Shown here one piece after another: positions 11,740-25,267 of a DNA stretch of 64,000 nucleotides (position 1 is the first letter of the stretch; every line of letters starts with the position of its first letter). Made by a program: the position numbers and the translations under genes. The notes under the pieces are model-generated. The model was given only the letters and a program-made list of their open reading frames with translations. It was not told the DNA's origin and did not search any database. The DNA comes from Haliotis rubra (Eukaryota). The DNA lies in assembly GCF_003918875.1 (NCBI RefSeq), contig NW_025766559.1:620001-684000 (forward strand), read 5' to 3'.

Positions 11740-12265
11740 TGAAAAGCAGTATCAATGCCTCCTATGTTTACCCCGAATGGGAAACGCGCAAAGTTACAAA
11801 ACATTTTGATTCTCATGGAAACACAATATCATCTCTGACGTTATTTACAACAGCGCAACGCTTATGACTTGCCACCAGTCGTCAACGTGTGACGCCACAT
11901 CAAAAGGGCAACCGTATTCGGTTGGTGCATCTACAAATTCCGTAACCGTTCGTCACCCTAGCCAGAAAGAATGGCGTCCTCCACCACTTCGACATCGTTC
12001 GAAAGCATATTCTTCCCTTTATGCGCATACAAGGACTTAACATATTGTCACAGCAGAACAACGCCGTCACAAATGATGCACGTGTTGTTACATATTTTTG
12101 AGGTAGCATAAAACATTGTACTGCCAGTTTCCCGAGACGTCTCCATCGTGGATCATGCCTGGGATTTCATGAACCGACGTCTACGACAGGATCAGAACCA
12201 TGTGGTCACGCCATCTCAGTATGGTCAGTCGTGGGTTGACATTTGGAGCAACATCCATCAGGTAG
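11740..12265 (+). mobile_element. Old Tc1 transposase remnant
   Basis: QQNNAVTNDARVVTYF and SRDVSIVDHAWDFMNRRLR...VDIWSNIHQ are decayed QQDNA / SPDLSPIEHAWD motifs. Confidence 0.7.
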
Positions 12266-12954
12266 GTTTTTAGTCCTCGACTGTATCAACGTAAATGATA
12301 ATCAAACCAGGTATTGTTATTATTTTTATCATGCCCAAATATGAAAAACACGACGTTTTCATTCAGACATGTGCCACTTGTGATCCATTATCTGTTGTTC
12401 ATTTCAATTTGCTTTTCACAACGTATCATCCTTATATAGCGCCCGTTATTAGGTTGTTGTCACTCCTGCTTTCATAAGGTTGTATGTTTCAACATTTACT
12501 TTTGTCATGTAACACATATCATTAACAGACTCTCTGTAACAGCTGTCATGGAATTTGTCCTTAACGGAACTGCACCATTTTGATAAAAGAAATACAATAT
12601 CTCGCGATATCGGTCATGTTTTATGCTTTGAGTATCAACTTCTTTCTTTTGGCCACGGGGTACGATTGCCCCATATTGAACAAGCAGTGACTGGAATACA
12701 TTCATACCAGCTGGTACCAGAGCTTTGTGATGAATTATTTCTACGTATTCTTTCGCCAGTGCCCCGTTTAATGTCTCTCAAATAAAATCTAAATATATCC
12801 TGCTTTTTCTCATTCCCTTTAATTGACACAGTAGCTTTGTTTGCTTCTGGTAGTTCTGGCATTCGAGTTCAAGTCACTTTTGAGAAATACTACACCTAAA
12901 TATCCATAAAAAGCTTACTGTGTCAATTTCTTGTCCATTTAGGTACCGGTTTTC

Positions 12955-15180
12955 TCTTTAATCATTTATCCCGGCATTGATTTTGTTGGCCGTTTTTGAT
13001 TTTTGAGTTTTTGTCAACGACTAAATTAATTTCTGCTTCTAAGCACGTGTTGTCCGATTCAAACAGTGAATACAGACAAATACCTTCCAGAGTAGAAACC
13101 AATGGATCACCTGATGCTGTAGCGGATATGTACGTTCTCGAAACTAATAATCTTGCGATACGTTATCAAGGCAATCAGATACTTCTGATACGTTCACCAA
13201 AATAGTCAGATACTTTTGCTGATACGCCCGTTCGAAAATTAATCAGATACTTCGCTTGATCTTGTGATGTAACAGGAAATGGACGATCCTCGAAAATAAT
13301 CAGATATTTGCGATGTTGGGGATAAGCTGCACGTTTACTACACGACATTGTAGGTGAAACTTTGCTGTGATACGTTCACGATCGTCACATACTAGGTCTG
13401 TGATGCTGGCTGGATATGCATGTTTAGTGCCGCCTGCTTGGCAAGACGCTTATGAAGTGTTAACGTGAAATGGTACTACCGCCATTAATCAAAACGTTTC
13501 GCCAACAGGATATGCACATTTACGCATTACCGATACGCATTCAGAGGCGGGCATTTAAAATGCGCGTAGTATAATACTCCTCCACACGTTCACGGAATAC
13601 CACAATCTGATACGTAATGCTATTCGCGTGCTACTTTCGTCCCATATTCACCGGCTGTATGCTTGGTTAATAGATATGGCGCACGTTCTGCACATTTCAT
13701 TAGATGCTATTAATATCAGAAATCACCCATAACGATACTAATTTGATGAGCGTGCGTACTTTTACCAATTTAAAGGCGTATAATTGCCTCCTATGTATAA
13801 CCCGAATGGGAAACGCGCAAACATTTGCACTGTTGGTGGGAGCTGGCACAATATCTCTCAGCCCTGACGTTATTTACACAGCGCACAGCTGCCATTTTGC
13901 ACCAGTGTTAATGTGTGACGCCTACATCAAAAGTAACCGTATTCGGCCTTTGCATCACAGTTCCTTAAACGACCAACAATACCCTTTAACCAGAAAGATG
14001 GCTCCTCCACCACCGTAATGACGTCGTTCGGCATATTCCTTCTTCCATGCACTTTTATTTACAAGGACTTAACATATTCTCACCTTCGAGCCGCTGTCTG
14101 TTAGAACATGCACGTTGTTACATATTTTTGAGGTAAATTCGCCAATTTAGCAGGCGCTAACGAATTGAGGAGGACCCAAATTGGTGATACGTTAAGATTG
14201 AATTTTTGGAAACTATCACATTTTAAAAAGCCCAGAAATAATATTGGTATAAGGCATTGAAAAAATAGGGTTTCACGGTTAAGACTATCAAAGACGTTTG
14301 AGAAGTCAATGAAGTGGCAGTAAAATCTTCCACCATATTTGTTTATCAGATATTTCTAGGCGTTGGCCGTTACCTATGAATCACATTTGGCTTTTGAATA
14401 ATTCTCCCTGAGAACAGCTAGTGATTCACACATCATATATATTGTTGGATTCACGCTAAATTTTTCTAAAATTTTGATAATCTATGCGAAAACTTTATAA
14501 ATCCGAGTTTATAAATTGAAATTATTTTTGTGGGGTTTCGCCACGCGATTCGAGATAGCAAAGACTACCGTATTGCTTTTATTCTGGGATCTCTCTCGAA
14601 CCAAACGGTATTTAAAATTAAACCGTGGCTATATTTGTATTCATTTTCATTCGAAAGAAAACAGTCAAACGAGTATATTCCCAGCACAAATCCCGAGGCG
14701 CGCAAATTCATTAAACTGCAGAAGCGATCGTACAATCTCTTAAAGATCGAAGCTCAAATTCTAATGAAGCACCTTGTTATGATATATGTCGTCAGTTTAA
14801 GAATAAACAGTAATGACCGAAAGTGGAATTTCTGACTGTTTGATATTCATCCCGATATATGACGAGAAATAAGGCGATCAAGTTGACATGCGTTGCAGTG
14901 TCTCGTTTTGAAAGTTTACCTTCACAGAGATACTATTCAGTTATCATTACAAGGAAGTAGCGATAATGTTGCAAAGTTTCTGAATAATAGGTTACTTAAT
15001 AAATCTACCTGAATCGCTGGTAAGAAATTTACATTCCACGAAAAAAGATGCTATTATTCGGCTTTTAACGAGCTTGGAAAGGTGCGGTAAAATAAGGCTA
15101 TAACAGACTCCGAGGGAACCACATTGTAGTTCGTTATAACCATGCCTAAATAAAATGCATTTCGGCTAAAATATGCTGCA
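12955..15180 (+). repeat. Indel-rich copies of 10660-12105 and 18710-19630
   Basis: Colinear similarity with dense small indels. Confidence 0.85.
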
Positions 15181-16446
15181 TTAGACAGGGCATAAAAATG
15201 CAACTACCAGTATATCACTCCACAAAACGTTCCTGGAACAAATCAGATACCAGTAATGCTAACACGATATGCACGTTCTCACGATATTCATCAAATACAT
15301 GTTTGTTAATAGGATATGCACGTTCACGGTACTAATTAGATAGCAATAATATCAGGACATCCACCATCACGATACTAATTTGATACCCGTGCACTATTTC
15401 ACCAATTGCGCTGAAAAGCAGTATCAATGCCTCCTATGTTTACCCCGAATGGGAAACGCGCAAAGTTACAAAACATTTTGATTCTCATGGAAACACAATA
15501 TCATCTCTGACGTTATTTACAACAAGCGCAACGCTTTATGACTTGCCACCAGTCGTCAACGTGTGACGCGCCACATCAAAGGGCAACCGTATTCGGTTGG
15601 TGCATCTACAAATTCCGGTAACCGTTCGTCACCCCAGCCAGAAAGAATGGCGTCCTCCACCACTTCGACATCGTTCGAAAGCATATTCTTCCCTTTATGC
15701 GCATACAAGGACTTAACATATTGTCACAGCAGAACAACGCCGTCACAAATGATGCACGTGTTGTTACATATTTTTGAGGTAGCATAAAACATTGTACTGC
15801 CAGTTTCCCGAGACGTCTCCATCGTGGATCATGCCTGGGATTTCATGAACCGACGTCTACGACAGGATCAGAACCATGTGGTCACGCCATCTCAGTATGG
15901 TCAGTCGTGGGTTGACATTTGGAGCAACATCCATCAGGTAGGTTTTTAGTCCTCGACTGTATCAACGTAAATGATAATCAAACCAGGTATTGTTATTATT
16001 TTTATCATGCCCAAATATGAAAAACACGACGTTTTCATTCAGACATGTGCCACTTGTGATCCATTATCTGTTGTTCATTTCAATTTGCTTTTCACAACGT
16101 ATCATCCTTATATAGCGCCCGTTATTAGGTTGTTGTCACTCCTGCTTTCATAAGGTTGTATGTTTCAACATTTACTTTTGTCATGTAACACATATCATTA
16201 ACAGACTCTCTGTAACAGCTGTCATGGAATTTGTCCTTAACGGAACTGCACCATTTTGATAAAAGAAATACAATATCTCGCGATATCGGTCATGTTTTAT
16301 GCTTTGAGTATCAACTTCTTTCTTTTGGCCACGGGGTACGATTGCCCCATATTGAACAAGCAGTGACTGGAATACATTCATACCAGCTGGTACCAGAGCT
16401 TTGTGATGAATCATTTCTACGTATTCTTTCGCCAGTGCCCCGTTTA
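15181..16446 (+). repeat. Near-identical direct duplicate of 11515-12770
   Basis: Offset 3676; identical ORFs at 12295 and 15971. Confidence 0.95.
15416..15940 (+). mobile_element. Duplicate of the old Tc1 remnant
   Basis: Lies within the near-identical copy of 11515-12770. Confidence 0.7.
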
Positions 16447-17149
16447 CTGTCAGTGACATGTATGGTGTTCTTATGTATATATTTGTATGTTTGTTTACCA
16501 AGAGGAAGACACCTTGTGGTAATGTAAACCACATTAACTTCGGGATGAAAACGTGTTGTTTTATGTTATTGTTAATTCATTATACCGCCAGACAGATACA
16601 TGCTTATTTCGAAAACGAATTTAGCAAATTCACAGATAAATGCTTATTTCGAGAACGAATTTAGCAAATTCACAGACTATGTACACTGCAAGTCACTATG
16701 AAGAAAACGGAAATGGACACACAAGACAAGGTCATGTATATTCCGTATTTCAGACCTCCTGCCCATAAAACGATAATATACTGGCAAATCCTCTTAGCTG
16801 CAGACATAGAAATATGTAAAGGACATGTTATTTTTGGAATTAGTATTTTAGGTAGAAAACAACCAGACGCCCAAACAAAAATATTGAGTCATCAAGGTTT
16901 TTTTATTATACTTCTAACTATGAGTAAATATTTCCAATTGAAGTAGTAATATTTGTATCTTTTGTAGACATTAATGGCAGGGGACAGGTTGATTTATATT
17001 TAAAATGATTTTATAGCTAAATAGTGATCTCATATAGATAATTATGTATATTTGTGATGCTCATGTTATTCTTAGACTGTCATCGCCAGATTTTAGCCCA
17101 AAATATGACGGGATTGTGAGTCTGTTTTCTATCTAAATGCACGACTAAT

Positions 17150-17275
17150 GCCATTTTGGTTGGGGTATTTTTGGCAGAATTTAGATTGAACATTTTCAAC
17201 AGAATTACTATTTTTCCAAAATATTTCTGTTCCATAACATAAAATGGGAGTTATCATAGAATCATAGAATCTAAA
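17150..17275 (-). mobile_element. LINE (RTE-X-like) post-RT fragment
   Basis: FYDSMITPILCYGTEIF...VENVQSKFCQK. Confidence 0.7.
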
Positions 17276-17468
17276 TACATGGAAGGATAACAATATATGG
17301 ATGAACATCGCATCCTCCACCAAGAAGCTTCCCAACAGCTTGCCATAGAAAGGATACGACACCAGCTCACCCTAAATGCCATCGCACAACAACAAAACTT
17401 TTCTGTCAGTTCTCAGAGAGAAGGGATAATAATATATGGATGGACAACTTCTCTATCACAATGACAGC

Positions 17469-18002
17469 TCTCCTGCAGAATTATGCACCGTCAGTAAGAT
17501 CCATGCTCAAACGAAATGGCAACAGAGATGGACCTCATCCTTAAAAGGACGCCATCTCCATCGCATCGAGCCTTTGTAACTTAATCAAAATTATCCAGAA
17601 GTAACCGTAGAGAAGAGGTTCTTTTAACCAGACTTCGTCTTGGGCACTGTGGTCTTGGTGCATATCTAAATATTATTAATAAAGATATTTCTGCAACTTG
17701 CACAGTGTGTAATCAGCTAGATAATGTGGCTCATTATTTACTACATTGCCAAAAATATGTAGATCAACGTTAAGCGATGGTGGAATCTCTTACAGCTCTC
17801 AATATTGATATCTCATTGACTGGACTGTTGGTGCTCAAGGAATATCACTCGCAATGATGTTCAGAATGTCGTTCTTGATTATATTGAAGCGTGTTGCTGC
17901 TTAACTACTTTTTAAAAGTTTAGGAACTTAGCGAACCTTTATGATGGGCAACGTGTAAATGTGCCCAGTTGCCCGAACACCTATTAAACCTTTAAATGTC
18001 TG
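17469..18002 (+). mobile_element. I/Nimb-clade LINE 3' fragment
   Basis: WQQRWTSSLKGRHLHRIEP..RREEVLLTRLRLGHCGL...CTVC...HYLLHC zinc knuckle. Flanked by TCTATCACAATGACAGC, a possible TSD. Confidence 0.8.
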
Positions 18003-18201
18003 TCTATCACAATGACAGCGACGGCGTAGGTTCTAACACCGTTATCAAGCAAGCAAGCAAGTGTCAACTCACCTGCAGCTCGCATACTCCACCAAAACGC
18101 TTCCCAACAGCTTGCTATAGAAAGGATACGCCACCACCGTAAGACCAAGGGCCTCACCGAATATACCACCGCACAGCAGCACAGCTCTTCAGTCAGTTCT
18201 C

Positions 18202-18361
18202 NNNNNNNNNNNNNNNNNNNNNNNNNNNNNNNNNNNNNNNNNNNNNNNNNNNNNNNNNNNNNNNNNNNNNNNNNNNNNNNNNNNNNNNNNNNNNNNNNNN
18301 NNNNNNNNNNNNNNNNNNNNNNNNNNNNNNNNNNNNNNNNNNNNNNNNNNNNNNNNNNNNN
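18202..18361. other. Assembly gap
   Basis: N run. Confidence 1.
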
Positions 18362-19536
18362 GTACCGGTTTTCATAATGATGAAGTCGTCCACTTTTGTG
18401 TGTTTTATCTAAGTTTACGTTGTTACCTGTGATTTCACAGAAATCATCCATAGCAAGTAACTTTATTGTTTGTTAATTTGAAGCATCTGTTACACCTGTA
18501 GAAATACAAATTTCTGGTCCCCATTTTTTTAGGAGTATTGTGATTTATGAACATAATAAAAAATGAGGACACAAAACACATCCTGGAGGGTTGCAAAATT
18601 ACATTTAAAATGATCTGTTAATCCACTGCCAGCCTGGTTACCTGTGTCTGTTGCGCCTGCGCCAACAGACCCAGGGACCCAAGTACATACATTTGAATTT
18701 TTTGAAGCAATCACATTTTAAAAGTTCGAAATAATATTGGTATAAGGCATTGAACAAATAGTTTCACGGTTAAGACTGTCAAAGACGTTTGAGAAGTCAA
18801 TGAAGTTGCAGTAAAATCTTCCATATTTGTTTGTCAGATATTTCTAGGCCTTGGCCCGTTACCTATGAATATTTTCTGTTTTTGAATAATTCTCCCTGAA
18901 AACAGCTAGTGGTTCACATCATATGTTGTTGGATTCACGCTAATTTTTCCAAGGTTGATAATCTATGTGAAAACTTTACAAACTGAGTTTATAAATTGAA
19001 ATTATTTTTGTGGTGTGTCATACCCGATTTAAGGATAGGGCAAATAATGCTTTTCATCTTGGACCTCTCCGAACCAAACGGTATTTAAATTAAACCGTCA
19101 ACTATATTGTATTCATTTGAATGAAAGAAAACGGTCAAACCTTTATATTCCCAGCACAAATCCCGAGCGCAATCGTCCATTGGTTCAGAAGCGATCGTAC
19201 AATCTCTTAAGATCAGCTCAAATTCAAATGAGGCACCTTATTGTCAAATATGTCGTCAGTTTAAGTAAACAGTAATTCGTGAATGTAGGTATCTGTTGTT
19301 TGATATTCATCCCCGATGAGGAAATAAGTGATCAGTTGACATGTATTGCAGTGTCTTGTTTTAGAAAGTTTACCTCCTGAGATATATTCAGTTATCGTAC
19401 AAGAGTAAACGATAATGTTGCAAGTCTCTGAATAATATGTTATTTAATAAATCTACCTGAATCGCTATTTGTATCGAAATTTACATTCCACGAAAAAAAA
19501 GATACTATTCGGCTTTAACGAACTTGGAAAAGGGTG

Positions 19537-19692
19537 CAGTAAAATAAGGCTATAACGAACTCAAGGGAACCACATTGTAGTTCGTTATAACCGTACTTTG
19601 TAAAATGCATTTCGACTAAAATATGCTGCAAGAGGCCGTGACAGAAAAACACAGTTCGTCATAAGCGTAGTCGTTATAAACGTAGTATACTG
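19537..19692. mobile_element. Tigger-like MITE (inverted copy at 29494-29651)
   Basis: CAGTAAAATAAGGCTATAACG...CGTTATAAACGTAGTATACTG. Confidence 0.6.
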
Positions 19693-19947
19693 TGTACGTA
19701 TTTACATGTAATTCGGGTTTGGTGTGTGGATTTGAGTAAATATCGTATGATGTTATACTCGCCGGATATGTAGAAGAACCTTGGACTTACTGCAGTGAAC
19801 ACTGGCCCGCTTTTCTTAAGGAGTGTTTCGTAGCCCTTAGAAATGACAAGTAAGACAGCAACGACGGGACAATGGAATGCGGTATGAACTTCAGTTGGTG
19901 AACTTTTTATGTACTGTGCATGTTAAGTTTATTTCAGCTACCGTCTA

Positions 19948-20109
19948 GGGGCGGTGGGGTAGCCTAATGGTTAAAGCGTTCGCTCGTCACGCTGCAGACC
20001 CGGGTTCGATTCCTCACATGGAAGCAACGTGTGAAGCCCATTTCTGTTGTCCCCCGCCGTGATGTTGCTGGAATATTGCTAAAAGCGGCGTAAAACCATA
20101 CTCACCCAC
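19948..20109 (+). mobile_element. SINE family A (inverted copy at 29078-29239)
   Basis: TSD TCAGCTAYCGTCTA. Confidence 0.9.
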
Positions 20110-20478
20110 TCAGCTATCGTCTACAATTTAGTAGCTAACATCTGTTTACTTAGACTAGCGATGTTTAAACATTCTGCTATATATAATGCATTTTTTTATT
20201 TTTGCTCAAAGTTACGTCTCCGATATTTATCGATAATCGATCGATATTTAGTTAACGATTATTGACCTCATTGATCTTTATCGATAGTCAGCCCTACAGC
20301 GCTATAACAACATCGGCAGGTTTATGTACAGGCGGTGAGGGAATGGTTACATCTTCTGGAAAGAAACAGTAAACTATTGCCCCTCCCAACCCCCCAGTAC
20401 CCCACCCCGACCACACCCAGACACACTATACACACAGCGTTGTATAAGAACATCGGTACGTTCATGTGAAGACGGTGG

Positions 20479-20724
20479 ACCCGTGAAGGTCCAGGTGAGA
20501 TTTGATGTTCAGTAACCCATGCTTGTCGTAAGAGGCGACTAACGGGATCGGGTGGTCAGGCTCGCTGACTGGGTTGACACATGTCATCGTATCCCAATTG
20601 CGTAGATCGATGCTCGTGCTGTTGATCCTTGGATTGTCTGGTCCAGACTCGATTATTTACAGACCGCCACCATATAGCTGGAATATTGCTGAGTACGGCG
20701 TAAAACTAAACTCACTCACTCACT
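20479..20724 (+). mobile_element. SINE-like family B, full length
   Basis: (ACTC)n tail; TGAAGACGG on both flanks. Confidence 0.9.
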
Positions 20725-21217
20725 ATGAAGACGGCAAGTGAATACCTATTTCTGCTGGAAAGAAACAGTAGACTAGTGGTTCAACACAGTTACACAAACA
20801 GAACATTGCATAACAGCATCGGCACGTTTAAGTACGCACTTCCTTTGAGTGAGTGTGTGAACGTTTTATATCTTCAAGAAGCGACGTGGATATTGATCGC
20901 GTCTGTAAAACACTCTCAAGTACAGGGCAATGCTTGAATTTATTGCATCAGCACGGTTACGTAGTGCAGCATCATGGTAGCACTCGCATGCTGTTTGTGT
21001 TAGATTGAAATTGAACGTTCTTGCGAAACACGCAGACAGTGTACAGTCCATCGTGTGAAATCCGGAAGAGTCGGCAATACATGATCGCCGATGATACACA
21101 TTCATCTCCTTGACAATGCGTGTGTGTTTTGAGGAACAACATTCCAGGTGTTCTCTATGCTCTGGCGATGACGTTAAATATTTACATTGATGAAGCATAA
21201 TTTACATTTCTTCAATA

Positions 21218-21435
21218 TCCGTGAAGGTCCGTGTTAAAATTGATCTTCAGAACCCATGCTTGTCGTAAGAGGCGACTAACGGGATTGGGTAGTCAGACAC
21301 GTGTAATCGTATTCCAATTGCATAGATCGATGCTGTTGATGACTGAATTGTCTGACCAAGACTCGATCATTTACATTCCCCGCCATATAGCTGGAATATT
21401 GCTGAGTGCGACATTAAGCAAACAAATCAACAACA
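21218..21435 (+). mobile_element. SINE-like family B
   Basis: Matches consensus. Confidence 0.85.
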
Positions 21436-23071
21436 AAAAATTTTCCCCAAAAATCACATCTTGATATTGTTTACTAAATCTACAAACAAATGTTCCTGCA
21501 AGTAATCGTGTCTTCACCAGACAAACCAGTGATAGACTTAACGATCAACGTTCCACACCGTCAGGGTAAAATAACACATTACCTACCAATTCGCAGATCA
21601 AGACAACCAGATCAATTGAATCACTCTCTCCACAGCACATGGAGCTTTTTCAACGGGGATTTACATTGACTAAACCTACCTCGCATCACAACCAGCCAGA
21701 TATTGACAACTATGTTTACTTTGTACTGTACTGAATACGTACAAAACCTACTTCTGACAAAGCTGATCTGTTGAATAATATTATCAGACATTGAAAGGCT
21801 TGACATGCGTCCTGTTTGCAGTCATTGCTTTAGGTTTGAATAACACGACAATCCTTTTGACTAATGACATCGATAATGTGAACGCATATATACATAGCAG
21901 ATTGGTAGAAAATTAACGTTCATACTCAGGTAACAGCTTGTAATTATGTTTATTGACTAAACACATCACACGGCGCGGCAATATTAATGAATTCATTGGA
22001 CTAATGGATGTTGGGGGAGAGTTGACATTTTCGCACTTATATCAGCTCATCGGATTATTTCAGCCTTACATGTACTCTTATTGACGATGCAATTCATTCC
22101 AATTCATCAGAACGCATGTACACATGGAATTTGTTTTGGTAGATAATCGAGGCTGATTATTCTCCGTCGTTAATGTTCCGTGTTTGCACTGATTATGCCT
22201 GGAAGCCATTCAAGACAATGCGGACAGAAAATAATGGACTTCAGAACATTATAGCGTGGTGGTTCTATTCGTTGAGTAGGTGGTTGATCGATCAACTGTT
22301 CAGCCACGTGTTTTGCAGTTCTTCTACAACATACGCTCAATACAACAAGATTTCTGGGAGCGACCGTTTGTCAACACTCCGGAAAGATTCTCCGCCCCAA
22401 ATGCGTTATTCTTCTGATCACGAGAAGCGCCGTCGGTAAGACACTTGCATGGTTGTTGTAGTATTGTAAATGTTACTGTATGCATTTAGCTGATTAATTT
22501 CGTCAGATTCTGCGTCACGCCGTTGATCGAAGATTGTCTTGCAGACATCCCGTTTTAGAAATGTATGCTATATTTACCAGACAGTCGTGCCTTTATTTAG
22601 AAAGAGGTCACAGAGCGTCTGCAGTTGAGCAAAAGAGGGATGTTTCGATCGCCGGTCGTTTCAAGTAAAAGGACGTAAAAAGATGAATCTTTTTCTGCCT
22701 GGCGCTCGGGAGTAAGGGAGTAAAACAAGGTTGATCCAGAGTCTCTGTATTGTGTCAGAGTGGCATGTCCATGTTAAACTGCGATATTTCAGTGTTCTAG
22801 CACTATCCATTGATGTGTCTGGATATATATTACATCACGTCAGAATCTGTCCTTTAACAAGCAGCTTTCGTTGGAGCTTTCAGTGCAGACTGAATCATCT
22901 GGCTGTGATTGTACGATTTTGTACAAGAATCCTGTGGTTCTGAAATGTACGTCCATCCATTAATTAGATCTGACCCATGTATGGTGAACGAGACCACATA
23001 TGTGTTCAAGCGGGGGACATTTTAAGCCTAAGTGGGGTTGGTCTCAGTCTGTCTTCCAGACGTTAGGGGAT

Positions 23072-23250
23072 ATTATTATTATTATCATTATTATAGGATT
23101 TTTATATAGCACACATATCCACGCAACTATAAAAAAAAATAAAAAATTCTATAGTACATACTCAAGGGGCTGGTATTTTTCCCTCGATCATTGGATGTCA
23201 ATCTCAACGGAACATCGTATTATCAAGCTCAACTCCCTGGGGAGTATACA
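23072..23250 (-). mobile_element. SINE/LINE 3' fragment with L2-type (TAA)n tail
   Basis: Minus strand GTGCTATATAAAAATCC followed by (TAA)n. Confidence 0.45.
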
Positions 23251-23348
23251 TTATATATAATAGGAGCTCAACCCACGTAATAGTTTGATTTGGTAAGTCT
23301 AGATTGCCTTAGCTCCAGCCTAAAATTAAGCATTGTTCTGTGCTCAGA

Positions 23349-23513
23349 GGGGCGGTGGGGTAGCCTAGTGGTTAAAGCGTTGGCTCGTCACGCCGAAGAC
23401 CCGGGTTCGATTCCCCACATGGGCACAATATGTTAAGCCCATTTCTGGTTCCCCGCCGTGATATTGCTGGAATATTGCTAAAAGCGGCGGAAAACTAAAA
23501 CTCAGTCAGTCAG
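23349..23513 (+). mobile_element. SINE family A
   Basis: TSD TCTGTGCTCAG. Confidence 0.9.
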
Positions 23514-24201
23514 TCTGTGCTCAGTTTGGAAGTTTGTCATAGATAAATATTTTAAAAGGTTGTATCCTCTTTTGCCAGTGGGGCAAGTTGTATATTCAAA
23601 GAGTAAGAGGATTATGAGGCATGGTCGACTGGGATTGTTTGTTTAACTCATCCCACAAGAACTTCACCAGTAGAGGGAATGGTTTTTGTTCAGTTCTTAC
23701 ATTGCTGTTCTCCATACATCTCCATGTTATCCATCCATCTCCATGTATCTAGAACAGCAATAATTAACAATGTTGTTTTACTGTAAGGTATATTAGGTGC
23801 CATGTTATGACAAGGTAAATTAACCCCCCTTCATTTACATTTTTTGGGGGTATGGTGGTTTACTCCTTATTATAAACATAATTATATTAGCTCCCATCTA
23901 CCCCGTCGGCGACATTGGCTACTTGCCCGACTTGCAAGAGAGGAACACCCCTTTTAGAATAATAACTGTTTCGGAGACTAAATGTCATTCTAGGACTGTT
24001 CAGCTTCCTGTACTCGGGAAAAAGAACAGGTTAAGCAAGTCGTTTTTGTTTCTATCGCCACGCTAAGACATGTTTACATGCTCGAGCTGATGAGGACTTA
24101 TGTTTTTAAAAAAATATAAAATTACGAAAGAAATCAGTGGAAACATATTTGGTTCCTCACTGTGTACTTGCCTAAAGTCATTTTTAATTCACAGTGGGGA
24201 T

Positions 24202-24363
24202 GGGCGGTGGGCCGGCTAGCCTAGTGGTTAAAGCGTTTGATCGTCACGCCGAAAACCCGGGTTCGATTCCCAACATTGGCGTAATGTGCGAAGCCTTCTT
24301 GTGTCGCCCGCCGTGATGTTGCTGGAATATTGCTTAAAAGGGGCGTAAAAAAAACTCACTCAC
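24202..24363 (+). mobile_element. SINE family A
   Basis: Matches consensus. Confidence 0.85.
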
Positions 24364-24754
24364 AGATCAGAGGATATCAGGAACGTTTCTTCATTTGGAC
24401 ACTGTGATTGTTTGAAAAGTGCCAGGATCGGATTAAAACCTCTCTCCCTCCCAGTGAGAGTGGAGCCAGAAAGACCTGAATGTATACGACCCAATACATT
24501 ATTAAGTAGCGTGACTCTCATGGAGCATTTATAACCTCGTCTTTTGATATGTCACTCTACGGCATTATCCCATATCCAGATTGTGATTACAAATTCAGTC
24601 AGTGCTGTGAGGAATTGTTTCACATTAAATCCAAGCATGTACTACTTTTGTTTCCAAATGTAACCACACGCCTCTCATCAAAGATCGATTTCACTATATC
24701 ACCTTGACTATTGGTGAAGGCAACGTTAACCGCATTCTTACTCTTACTCACTCC

Positions 24755-25101
24755 CACAGGGGCGTGTCACGCTTAGACTGACTGGCTGACTGAGTTTAGT
24801 TTTACGCCGCTTTTAGCAATATTCCAGCAATATCACGCCGGGGGGACACCAGAAATGGGCTTCACACATTGTACCCATGTGGGGAATCGAACCCGGGTCT
24901 TCGGCGTGACGAGCCAACGCTTTAACCACTAAGCTAACCCGCCGCCCCTGTCACGCTTAGAAACAGCGTTAGAAAGATATAGGTATATAGACCCTACCCT
25001 AGTACTATATAAAAAGATCATCCTTTTATATAATACTAGGGTAGGGTCTATATACCTATATGTCTTTCTAACGCTGTTTCTAAGCGTGACACGCCCCTGT
25101 G
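24755..25101. mobile_element. Palindromic MITE with 8-bp TSD (P- or hAT-like) containing a nested SINE
   Basis: CACAGGGGCG...CGCCCCTGTG termini; TSD CTCACTCC at 24747-24754 and 25102-25109. Confidence 0.85.
24778..24948 (-). mobile_element. SINE family A nested in MITE
   Basis: 13-bp TSD TGTCACGCTTAGA. Confidence 0.92.
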
Positions 25102-25267
25102 CTCACTCCAATTAACTTAGATACAAATATTCCGAAAATAATTTAACCAACAAAAGTATAGATATGGTTCACACAGGTCCATGTTCACAAATTGTGTCAT
25201 GTTTACTGTTAAGGTCACTTCTTTGTGTGGTATTTAGAACATTCCAGATCGCAAGTGCAATTTTCAG

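Larger units (their letters stand above)
19345..20143 (+). repeat. Left arm of ~800-bp inverted duplication (right arm 29047-29842)
   Basis: Reverse-complement match including the embedded MITE and SINE. Confidence 0.92.

Noticed and set aside
17984-18451. ORFs spanning N runs (also 48005-48315 and 49532-50023)
   Set aside because: Artefacts of the gaps.
23349-23420. tRNA genes at SINE heads
   Set aside because: Always followed by the same SINE body, tail and TSD; no clean acceptor stem or terminator.
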